DNA of 47,693 nucleotides, taken from positions 1-47,693 of the forward strand of contig NGBS01001208.1 in the NCBI GenBank assembly GCA_002245135.1. Reading direction: 5' to 3'. The DNA comes from Proteromonas lacertae (Eukaryota). The translations under genes and the position numbers were made by a program. Below are positions 21,901-26,430 of the stretch, piece by piece (the stretch's first letter is position 1; every line of letters begins with the position of its first letter). Under the pieces are notes generated by a model. It did not search any database, was not told where the DNA came from, and saw only the letters and a list, made by a program, of their open reading frames with translations.

Positions 21901-24535
21901 TGCTTTGAGTAGTGAAAAAGATAGACAAAAGAGTTTATTAGATGAAAAGTTAAAGAAGAGAAGAGAAAAAGCAGCTCAAAAGCTGAAAGAAAAACAAGAA
22001 AAAGAGAAGAATGATCAAGCTGAAACACATACAAAAGAAGCTGAAAATTTACAAACAAGATTAGAATCTGAGAATACTGACTGGTGGTGGGAAGAAGATA
22101 TAACAAGATCAATTAAAGATGAAGTTTCCTCATTATCATTAGAAGAAAAACAATTACAACAAAAACATGAAGAAGAAGAAAAGGAGTTGAAAAGAAAACA
22201 AGAAGAAGATCATAAGAAAGAAATGGAAGAAATAGAAAGAGAAGAGAAAGAAAAAGCCCAAAAAGAGATGGAAGAAAGAGAAAAACAAATGAAAGAAGAA
22301 GCTGAAAGAAGAAGAAATATATTATTAGATCAATTGAATCAGAAATTGAAAGAAAATGCAGGTGCATCTGATGAAGAAATCGCAAGAATCAAACAAGAAC
22401 ATTTAGAACAAATTGAGCAATATAATAAGACACTTGAGCAAGAAAAGGCAAGACAACAATCAACTTTAGAAGCAAGAATAGCAGCAAAGAAAGCTCAAAG
22501 ACAAAAAAGATTAAAACAGAAACAAGAATTGGAATTACAAAAGAAGAGAGAAGAAATGGAGAAAGAAAGTGAATTAGTTTCATTACCAAAAAGATTACAA
22601 AGAGAACGAGAAGCTATAAAGAAGAAGATGCAAGAAGGAATAGTAACAAATGATAAAGTCAGTGCAGTAATAGAAAATATATTACAAACAAGACATATTC
22701 AAGAATTGGAAGATTTATTAACAAGACAATATCAAGAGAGTAGTTTGGTATTAAAGACAGCTTTGGATGAAGTATATGATGAAAAGAATCAAAAGAGATT
22801 GGAGTTAATTACCCAAATGAAGAAAGAAAGAGTTCCATTATTAGAACAAGAAGCAAAATTGAGTAAATTAGATGCAGAATATGATGAAAAAGAAAAATCC
22901 GTAGAAATGGATGTATTATCTCAAATAAGAATAAAACAAGACAAAGAAAAAGCTGAATTAAGACTAAGACAACTACAAGAAAAGACTGAAGCATATAAAG
23001 AGTTAGCATCTGATGATGTAATAAAGAAGCAAATGGAAGAAGCAGATTTAGAACGAAGAAGATATCAGAATGAATTAGAAGCTGATAAATTGAAGAGAAT
23101 AAAAGAAATTGAAGAAAGAAACCATGAAAATGAAATGGCAATAAAATTAAAGAATCAAGAAGAGTTAAGAGCAATAGAAGAAGAACATAAGCGATATGTA
23201 GAAGAAGAAAAGCGAAAAGCAAAAGAACGAGAAAAATTAAGATCAATGGCAATGATAAAACAGAATGAAGAAGAAGAGAAGAAGAAATATGAAGAATTAA
23301 GTCACTTAACTGATGTAGAAAGAGAAAGAATAATGAAACAATATAAAGAAGATAGAGAAAATAGAATGAAAGCTGAAAGTGAATTAAAAGCACAACAAGA
23401 TCAAAAACTATTGGATGCATTAGAACGAAGAAAACAGAAGAGATTAAAATTGAAAGAGATTAAAGAAAAGAAAGAATTAGCTGAACAACAAGAAAAGAAA
23501 GATCGAATAATAAAGATGATGCAATTAGCAAATCGTGAGAATGAACAACAAGCTATTCAAGAACTTCGAAAACAGAATATCGCAATGAAATTATTCCGAT
23601 CAAGAGAACAAAATTTAGATGCATTTATTAGATTAAAGGTGAAAAATTGGAGACAGAAAATAAGAGATCGACATTTAGGTACTTATAAAATAACTCCAGC
23701 TCAAAGAAGACTATTGCGTATATCAAAACAGAATGCATCAACACCTGAAGCTAAAGAAATCAAAGTATTAAAAGGTGATGAATTGGATATAGATCAAAGA
23801 TTATTAGCTATAGAATCAGTATTACAATCAGTTGTACCAAAACCAAGCCAACAACCAATTGAAAAACCAAAAACAATATCAGAAGAAGAAGAAAATATCA
23901 ATAATAATCAAATCGAAGTATCAGCTGCAGCTGCAGAGTATTTAACACCAGAAGGTTACTTTATTCAACCACAAAATCGATATATACCTGAAGGAGAAAC
24001 AAGAGAATGTAATATTAATGATTTAGAAGAAAGAGAGAAAATAAGATTGGAATTTGCAGAGAATATAGGGAAATTATTAGGTTTTAATATTAATAATGAA
24101 AGTGTAGAGAATAATGATAAAAGACCAATTTATATTCATTGTGCTGAGACTTTAAGAAAGAATGAATTTATTCAAAATGCTTATCAAATGTGTTTCGATG
24201 TGGAATATGAAGAGAATAACAATTCAATACACTTGTTTATTAGAAAACAGAAGTTGCAGAATGTGGGAGAATTAATATTATTATTAATTCACTGCTTATC
24301 ACATGTAGAAAGTGGTGATTTTATAAGTGATACAAACAAATTATTTGTATTGAAATTTGCTGAGAATATGGGAAAATGTTTAGAACAATTTTATAAGATT
24401 CATTTAGAAAAATTGAAAGAACATATCACAGAAATGTCTATTGATCCAACAGATACGATGGATGAAGAAACAATTACTGCAATAGTAGACAAATACAAGA
24501 ATTATGTAACAAAAGAGAATAATGAACAGAAATAA
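3917..24535 (+). CDS. Giant intronless type-I membrane protein (~6,872 aa): signal peptide, GCC2/GCC3 (ephrin-receptor-like) Cys repeats, one TM helix, coiled-coil cytoplasmic tail
   Basis: Single ORF. First ATG at 3917 (MLFYIIYLLICCYTSYVYS, hydrophobic). Hundreds of C-P-x-G-x-Y-C units run to about 18.7 kb. TM YIIALVVVLLLVITIGVGWVYSY at ~19475-19543 is followed by basic residues. E/K/Q-rich tail from ~19.8-23.6 kb; Asn-rich tract at ~20775-20877. Confidence 0.9.
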   Translation: MLFYIIYLLICCYTSYVYSCNSNEYYDGSNCVICEIGNYCDGTNKHTCSSGYYCPPGSDSQTKCAAGNYCPTPSQQLKCSSGSYCPAGITSPSQCAAGNYCPTPSQQLKCSSGSYCPAGSSTNDQCAAGYYCPTPSQQLKCSSGSYCPAGITSPSQCAAGNYCPTPSQQLKCSSGSYCPAGSSTNDQCAAGNYCPTPSQQLKCSSGSYCPAGSSTNDQCAAGYYCPTPSQQLKCSSGSYCPAGITSPSQCAAGNYCPTPSQQLKCSSGSYCPAGITSPSQCAAGNYCPTPSQQLKCSSGSYCPAGSSTNDQCPASYYCPSPSLRYSCSSGYYCPAGSTSHNKCDGGYYCPDTKTKNACTAGNYCPSGSTYERTCSAGYYCPAKSDSQTQCTAGHYCPAGSTSHNKCDGGYYCPDTKTKNACTAGNYCPSGSTYERTCTAGHYCPAKSDSESNCQLGSYCIAKSSSESKCPAGYYCPNPAQLPQQCNEGYIAATEAYRTSCSICAGTTTPSSDHTQCIACPDGYKCSNGVKKACGNGEYSDNGVCKICNGGYSCKNDGTITQCPAGEYSNSKDLVCHDCPAGYYCGIGSTTPIICLSGSYCPAKSSSESKCPAGYYCPTTTELYVCSDGFISSAGSTSCNNKCPAMHYCPDHINEYSCPSGLFSQAGAIECHFCPAGYSCNSNGVETQCNPGTYSKYGETICNQCPAGHECIDPSTDPTICKNGFYSTGGKKLCEVCPAGNSCTIKSTTACSSGSYSQKGDMVCYDCQPGYICPNKDGTGIVKCPEGSYSASKQTTCKACPAGKRCYYDGSNVIEDNCELGWYSLDNDMECHPCPAGSKCPNANTSPIECNPGEYSESAKQSCSPCGKGSYCPDTSHKYQCPFGTYSNDSSVLCTKCPAGKSCSKDGIQNNCVTGTWSLEGDGICKKCPPGYKCPNNDQPPIPCARGEYNNAENQISCKICPAGSQCDNPAIAPAECPAGYYSTDGATKCTLCEAGHLCKAGSTSSTAGDLCPTGGYCDSPYFTPCPSGTYNPSTGSTSKSACLPCSAGKYCPVGTTQPISCPKGHYCPDSTKYGNEYPCPAGTYNDQTDKSLVTECLSCPAGKYCPVGSISAILDCPKGYYCPSDTQTPKQHPCPAGTYNDKAGQTSATVCQTCEIGHYCPQGSPYQLLCPRGTYNGLTGKGSINDCIQCTAGYACPHAGLTKPSDNCTEGHYCPTGTIYPTSHPCPAGTYTDSIHLTKESDCTKCPATKVCFKGTGGTNKPSRCAKGYYCPEGTSYASQYPCPEGTFSNRTDLKSPSECYPCPAGMYCRGGQVKPDGPCAVGHYCPENTTKPHQFPCAAGTWTNQTNLTSQNECYECPVGSYCVAGSSKPVFCPAGMYRNTVNATHGNACLPCTAGNYCPLKTVNPIPCGFGYYSNESASECSLCWRGYYCNNNTVTFSDMKSKKCHAGYYCGLGMTQPPTSPNNDCPVGYYCEEATLWPKPCVGGTINNVAKATDASFCKTTPAGDYSIGGQSEINGVCLPGYYCEDHSSGNITMPCPEGTYNPNYNMKKVGDCLDCPKGYYCPLGTAVPIECEQGYYCPPKSPISLPCKLGTYGSRMGLTDESECISCPPGMYCDANGLTSPRGPCDPGYQCYGGSWMSAPNDSSIGGLCDAGGYCAAGTIETAPCPNGKFNNGTGGSSLSSCSACPPAQYCRGSNNAQPTGYCAAGYYCDGGSDTPYQHICPIGYYCPEGSEKPHECQPTKYNNKLGQAECFNCTAGQYCPNTQMTDTIVCPEANYCEEGSSEPHKCPSGTFSKEVGLKSKDDCEICTPGFYCSGDGNTEVTGKCAAGFICIGGATTDKPSGNDTTGRICDYGHYCPEGSYTPTPCPPGTYNDGTSKTSVNDCKPCKAGYYCSTSGLKEPTGNCSAGYYCKSGAMSSTPNDDEVNNNYGICPPGTYCKEGSQEPTKCEGSTYNYASGQSECFPCPDGFDCSLDDKTIYHDCPAGYYCSNQEKHGCMIGTYSNQTNLKTQDDCLNCPPGQYCASEGLIKPTGLCKAGFYCPEKSENNEGKVNGAADAYICPSGHYCPEGSGAPTKCRKGTYQPNTQQSDSSSCIQCPKGSYCSEEGLSSPTGLCAEGYLCSLENIVSTPTQGIDSNGIGGRACAAGYWCPTGATTENACSPGSYNPIPARGSCEGCPSGYYCPYSNMTSISDFICPTGHYCASNSKDKIACPAGKYNPLTGQSTDDACKVCPKGYYCSNEGLSSPSGLCSEGYYCDEGQVVPNPVQCNDGDYCPEGSPQPTDCPPSKYCLKGKIIGNCSAGYYCDGKATTSKQNECPAGYYCEIGSSKPQPCPAGTYSSQTKLTSELDCLDCSSSYYCPSAAMSTTGTQCPDGYYCPTRTITFNKTCEEGYYCKKGSQSECQLYTYQNDKKQTECKACPEGYYCERNTVKPLDCPRGRYCNGREPLLCSVGTFSNDTNLVLPTDCKKCTPGHYCDSQGLTQPSGECSSGYYCTLGATSKEPSTPCSSGHYCPSGSVLPTPCPAGTYRLDTHGTSNRSCTECDFYKICPYPGLSSPYETCDDGYLCDKNGLEIVEESLLCPEGASCSLGKITLCEKTKYVNYKGASSCNNCPDGFYCPTSNMTLPLICPTGSYCKQGTISNCAKGSFNNLTGVTDNACDKCLEGYYCPSTGLSVPQNPCELGRQCGEGLSNAITLCSPGKYCPLGSITGISCPIGTYNKQQGGTDISSCKPCPSGYYCPESSTVNYETNRCKKGYYCPTYSYTFNTSLLCTNGSYCDVFSSKPNDCKDGSYMDHEGSGKCEECPSGYYCPIHSVFPQLCLPGSYCESKRGSSTQCPSGSYNPFNGSQSRENCTECPPGYYCPTIGESSYPTTKCSAGYYCPTGQNRDKTNEFQCKIGHYCEEGSTYPIPCPSGTYQRSTTQSTCTPCDAGYICPYEGKDRSSIECPSGYYCSSNMSYVTEDNFCLPGQYCQSKTSIPLKCSVGTYNMNNGSETCKTCPSGFICDDSVNGTSIPDICPKGHFCKEGTDSKFKAVCPIGTYNPLEGIKESKDCQLCTAGYYCPTTGETEVDITKTCSAQYYCLSGSTTSAPTQYKCPAGSYCEANSDRPTFCPVNTFSRSKGGSSISSCQNCTDGYICKKTGQTNVQTPCPAGYYCIAGIAYSCWSGHYCPTKGIGAGTITPIECSAGTYQPQDGQVKCIDCPSGYYCNTTISGDLTDDQLCPEGYYCPSKTSTPIACPVGTYSNKKGLSSLLQCQKCDPGKYCMNTAQKEPTGNCSAGYYCSIGSKSPEPIGGTSGNICPAGYYCPIGTFSPIPCPKGTYVKQKGSKDESYCIDCPAKYYCPDRAMTSSGKLCTEGYYCKKNTIVPELPCPPGSKCPSGSESPQPCPAGTYQNNYYSTTCFDCPKGFYCPVNTSEPISCPEGSYCGVNTKSGNQTLCPIGTYNNLTGLSSKDQCQPCPPGHYCNETGLIEPTGLCQEGFYCILSVKTSSPRDHVNLNSYTPEKGGDRCPKGYYCPLGSHLPKPCPPGTYLDDYQKSSINDCLLCAEGYYCPTYGLQASKDQCPAKFYCPEGTVTPKLLCTKGHYCPAGKSKPINCTAGTYQDEIGSTSCKKCKEGFYCGEATEEPIPCEKGKYCPEGSSKGIDCPIQTYSNKTGLGSASDCTPCEPGYYCNETGLITPQHKCEAGYYCIGSSSQANPRDYITKGYIGSPVIGTQLKGGDQCPTGHYCEVGSHTPIPCPIGTYSSVVAATSLSQCLDCTNSTYCPRLGIVYPSDKCLEGYYCEEKTKYPTELCSVGHYCPLGSAEPIVCPGGNYQNNKGSSICDSCPAGHYCEYNNNTPQPCPAGFYCPVGLEDGKTHSCPSGTFSSLSHRQVSSDCNICLPGKACVGHNLTSPDQTCTAGYYCKAGSTTPNPISSECSSGYYCPSGTSAAVPCPEGKYNSAKRKTQESDCVACEKSYICDKKGISRPSTRCPAGFYCPGGDILGNITCTVGHYCPAGSEEPRKCPDGKYQNVTGQSNCETCPSGYYCVEGSENPEICPKGFYCPSGSGRSYKPCPIGTIGTREGLTSQTDCDNCPSGYYCLVENSTTPTGKCHAGYYCKGKAKTAEPNDVTTGNICSVGNYCPEGSSNPKPCPPGTYSNRPQLEKAEDCSNCDPQYECQLSGQTRSTIQCPKGYYCPGNDTVASLLCELGSYCKGNNEYSTPCDNGTYQDERGQSSCKNCPAGYYCLKNTIKPILCPAGYYCPDNTKNPYTFPCSIGKYSDIEGLKSEDQCKKCLPGYACTVKGLSYPNELCGEGHYCREGAQITTPTDGVTGGYCSAGFVCHRGSSVPNPSNSSSYGEPCPKGHYCPAGCGSSRLDNGTCPFACKPGTFNPFVQQSQCTACPIGHICEGGNNDPKPCPEGKYCPGGDDVGVNCPNGTYNPFDYLQNAQQCKYCIPGHYCNNGNITDQCDAGFICYTHSSESEPYTNKSAEFGLCPIGHYCIKGTELPIPCTNHTVLPYEGGKSEDECQLCPVGFVCKEGNPIPEPCYRGYYCEGGITDPEPCPLYTYNDELQAENISFCKKCNNGTFCNETGIAYDIDFPCPAGYYCEEGADELIPCPEGTYRDDVGAKSEDDCYICPEGYYCPEGSVSYTPCDKKTYCPSGSSDMTVCDGGYYCPPITGEEIDCPPNYYCPNATDIPIACEIGTYCPKNSIEPIECPYGTFAPGFTHQLSLATLEDACIECPPGKYSNDSRHLECYNCPAGYICYGGTPVPYPVDPILDKGEICPEGYYCPEGSSEAIPCPPGTYSSAKQQSSFETCSMCPPGKYNPYYGQTDCLICSASATSEWNATVCTCRGDRRAFQISDGTCICESTYEFYEDFKRKIGDGTRDCQPIVYDRCSSDEVRSVLGDCIKESELCERECPGVGGVYSSSVGVCECNVHDILDNVCNKTCRDNAPVLSLAPNTKNIKLLRYNNEENNETTRLMSEVNSNIENTTIYYSFNFGNNTSHYGRISCEQSLSQYDGRGCIFRSIVTDSTGFHASYKLSPTIINYLKEEMENENKTRLLDEITDIFDPPSSFDWINNPVVCLEYGDGIIFDISGGVKNFPSYKQDSLLNSNSQFDYGEFRRIISDQSLHNIKLFTFIFIQPGVYVFAQNGNDTNQMIVSVQPQGATCPIEAIQTKTVTNLIATNTKPNTNIIISPYWPYIIALVVVLLLVITIGVGWVYSYRKYTWGEKAARRARYKKSNLGLDLESKHNKGSIFRVKDYGFVDGKDLELGIDAAHFIENKPKEEEVKFDVDKWDIQDMDPDLLLQRLTNHDDAMNIQIQKEVDETNRLKSILEVEKDRLNELIRTLQIQMPNGNNPNMPITREGMLLQKVTEEMEKCRNNVKKLDDRYNQLQELMKKFNNLANNKDGENVDSTGLAENITNELIQSVKNGAQKPKGKKWEELGKILGQMNTIIRSCQVDIDNEDERRKTSETLIHSALATDIPDSLKQEIENMNNKYESMNNLNNKLSNEIKHYGELVSNTINEMNNVHDEIKSKSLQLRHNPETVVTSYKHEYNEKLIHHLDPLMKQTLELQNGPLSKIQDTSHSLRKETKDKNKKLESMISHQIQEMNKENIENAKHYQVKDLKKKKENDNNNDNNGNGDNNNVEGENNNENNNNNTNNNNNTGGVKSMNKLSQPKIAENHEELVEQHKQEKEQLQKKLEDEEKQNVESLENKLKEADNKLEMDEENDIENMKQMVNNEMDDANLTEEEKNRLLQEYQNDQARIKEKLNKEKERQAEILKAKLDAKKQKIKSKLDRKHQDEVAEQLLLEKQQREQEMLEMKMKAEEEKFKLEQERLDQEAVEREALEKLKADEKYKEEVEKYEKELEEKMKKLQEEHDRKLQQTKEIAENQLVEEENELNKQLENERNIKLQELKVIQEKELEEFKRSKDPTEIEIEEFKKKQEEEKENVEIELRQDAERKKGQLQKRKYKMLMDLDMDDSKNYELELKIIKEQHEKDNKSIQAALSSEKDRQKSLLDEKLKKRREKAAQKLKEKQEKEKNDQAETHTKEAENLQTRLESENTDWWWEEDITRSIKDEVSSLSLEEKQLQQKHEEEEKELKRKQEEDHKKEMEEIEREEKEKAQKEMEEREKQMKEEAERRRNILLDQLNQKLKENAGASDEEIARIKQEHLEQIEQYNKTLEQEKARQQSTLEARIAAKKAQRQKRLKQKQELELQKKREEMEKESELVSLPKRLQREREAIKKKMQEGIVTNDKVSAVIENILQTRHIQELEDLLTRQYQESSLVLKTALDEVYDEKNQKRLELITQMKKERVPLLEQEAKLSKLDAEYDEKEKSVEMDVLSQIRIKQDKEKAELRLRQLQEKTEAYKELASDDVIKKQMEEADLERRRYQNELEADKLKRIKEIEERNHENEMAIKLKNQEELRAIEEEHKRYVEEEKRKAKEREKLRSMAMIKQNEEEEKKKYEELSHLTDVERERIMKQYKEDRENRMKAESELKAQQDQKLLDALERRKQKRLKLKEIKEKKELAEQQEKKDRIIKMMQLANRENEQQAIQELRKQNIAMKLFRSREQNLDAFIRLKVKNWRQKIRDRHLGTYKITPAQRRLLRISKQNASTPEAKEIKVLKGDELDIDQRLLAIESVLQSVVPKPSQQPIEKPKTISEEEENINNNQIEVSAAAAEYLTPEGYFIQPQNRYIPEGETRECNINDLEEREKIRLEFAENIGKLLGFNINNESVENNDKRPIYIHCAETLRKNEFIQNAYQMCFDVEYEENNNSIHLFIRKQKLQNVGELILLLIHCLSHVESGDFISDTNKLFVLKFAENMGKCLEQFYKIHLEKLKEHITEMSIDPTDTMDEETITAIVDKYKNYVTKENNEQK
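4106..4849 (+). repeat. Coding tandem array: 8 x 93-bp (31-aa) near-identical units
   Basis: Unit starts at 4106, 4199, 4292, 4385, 4478, 4571, 4664 and 4757. Consensus CAAG(N/Y)YCPTPSQQLKCSSGSYCPAG(ITSPS/SSTND)Q. Confidence 0.95.
4910..5259 (+). repeat. Coding tandem duplication, 189-bp period (63 aa)
   Basis: 4910-5070 is nearly identical to 5099-5259 (YCPAGSTSHNKCDGGYYCPDTKTKNACTAGNYCPSGSTYERTC...). Confidence 0.9.
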
Positions 24536-24602
24536 TAATATTTTAAATCTTTTATTAATCGTTTTTTATTTAAATTGTGTGTTTATTTTTATTTAGATAA
24601 TG

Positions 24603-25678
24603 ATAATCATGTTTAAACTGAGTTACCAAGGACAAGGATAGGATAGAACAAAAGGAGGATATGGCTCCAGAAGGACGTCCTTTTAGGTAACTCAAAATGT
24701 AAAAGAAAATTTATCATATATTTTTGTTTAAAAGAGAAAAAATAAAAATAAAAAGGAAAAAAGTTGTTCTTTTCTTGTTTTGAGTATTATATTCATTAAA
24801 ATAACAATTATTAATTAATATAATTAATAATAACCACTGTTTAATATGTTGTATTACTCATTTTCACTATCGCTTATGTCTTTATCCAAATCAACACTTT
24901 CTGAGTTATCATCTTCTTCTATATCGTTCAATATCAACATTGTTATTACAATCATCATTATTTTCACCATCTCCATTATCATTATCTGACTTATCTATAC
25001 TGTTGTTTACAGATTCTTCAATAGTAGAATCTATTTCATTATCCTCTTCAAACTCCATTAATCTTTTCTATTTCAATAAATTAAACTTTTCTGTTTGCTA
25101 TGAATCAACCCTGCATAGAAAAACTACATTCTATGAAGCTGCTAGAGGTTGGGATTGTTTGTATTCTATGAAGCTGCTACGTCTTTTGTATGACATGATA
25201 AAATAAAAAAGCTTGAAAAGAAATCAAGCTTGGATTTATTGCAAAGTTTAATATTTCGTCTTATAATTAAGTATTGTCTTTTTTATGTTCATATGTGTGT
25301 AATGTTGTAAATTTATATGTATAAATCTAAAAATTAATTACTGTTTCTTTGAAATGCTGTGAATTAATGAATATTAAAATTTAGATAAATTTAATCAGTT
25401 TATTTAACTGTATATATTCAAATAAGTTATGAGCAGTTTATTAATTTACATAATATTCAGATTATGTCAATTTTTTTAATATTTCTATTATGAAGTGATA
25501 CTATCCATGTAAATGAGCAATACATATATAAATATGTTGATTTAATGAAATAAACATAGGTATATTTGTTCTTAAACAGGTTATACTGTCCTTCTTGAAA
25601 AAGGACATGTTCAATTTTCGTACAGGCGAGACGAGAGAAGGACGTCCTTTCTGCAACTCAGCTATAATCATGTTTAAA
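24603..25678. mobile_element. Putative non-autonomous ~1.05-kb insertion with 15-bp flanking direct repeats and imperfect terminal inverted repeats
   Basis: ATAATCATGTTTAAA occurs at 24603-24617 and 25664-25678. Ends are CTGAGTTACC (24618) and TGCAACTCAG (25652-25661). The palindrome AAGGACGTCCTT lies at 24671-24682 and 25638-25649. A broken acidic coding remnant is on the minus strand at ~24855-25060. Confidence 0.65.
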
Positions 25679-26032
25679 GTCTCCCATTCACCCTTCCTTT
25701 TTTTTCTTTTACACTCATTAACAAATTTCTATTTTCTTTATGGCTATTGAGAAAAATCAATAACACTTATAAACTTATAATAGAGTATAATAATTATAGA
25801 ATTTATTCGAACTTATAGAGAGAATAAAATCAATATATGCTAATAGTTTAGTGAATTTCAATAAATAATAATTTCTCTCTATCATTGACTAATATTTCTC
25901 TTCACTATCTATACTTCATTATCATGTAGCGGCGGTGGTGGAATTTTATTATTTGTGAATCAGTTATAATGTTATATTAAATGTAATTTAAGGCTAAATA
26001 GAATAATAAAATGAGCAATGAGTATAGTTCTT

Positions 26033-26068
26033 ATTTTAGAGGAATTAGAAGAATATAGGTTATAAAAA
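26033..26068 (+). repeat. 36-bp dispersed repeat (second copy at 41002-41037)
   Basis: ATTTTAGAGGAATTAGAAGAATATAGGTTATAAAAA versus ATTTTAGAGGAGTTAGAAGAATATAGGTCATAAAAA: 34/36 identical. Confidence 0.8.
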
Positions 26069-26226
26069 CAGTAGTAAATTGCGATTGACTGAGTAGAATG
26101 AAAATGTATGTATCTTTAATACAGAAAATAATAACTACATAAACTTAAATCACATCACACCACTCAATAGAATGGAACTAATCATATCATAAGAACAATT
26201 AATGAAATAGAAGAATAATGACTTTT

Positions 26227-26338
26227 GATTGGTTTATTTTAAGAGATATGATTGGCTAATTTCAAATGATGCGATTGGTTACACTTGGAACTATTTGATT
26301 GGCTATTCATTCAAAATATAATTACATTTATCTCAGCT
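26227..26338 (+). promoter_or_regulatory. Promoter block with four phased inverted CCAAT boxes upstream of NTPase paralogue 1
   Basis: GATTGG at 26227, 26250, 26273 and 26297 (spacing 23/23/24). 26273-26338 is 63/66 identical to 31241-31306. Confidence 0.7.
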
Positions 26339-26430
26339 TTAAGTACTTTTCAAGTCGTTGCTATATAAATTTTCGAAGTATTAAAATAAATATTATAGCA
26401 TAAGTTTATAAGTTTATAATTGTTGTGACT

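Noticed and set aside
3963..23420. Dozens of short alternative-frame and antisense ORFs inside the giant gene
   Set aside because: They are shadows of the repetitive Cys-rich and E/K-rich codon pattern (VIIVQ- and LDNNN-type peptides), with no independent coding signal.
24940..25206. Plus-strand 88-aa Ser/Leu-rich ORF
   Set aside because: It is the antisense shadow of the acidic minus-strand remnant.
25765..26420. Short inverted match CTTATAAACTTATAA / TAAGTTTATAAGTTTATAA
   Set aside because: Low-complexity AT-rich sequence that is plausible by chance, with no TSD or other support.
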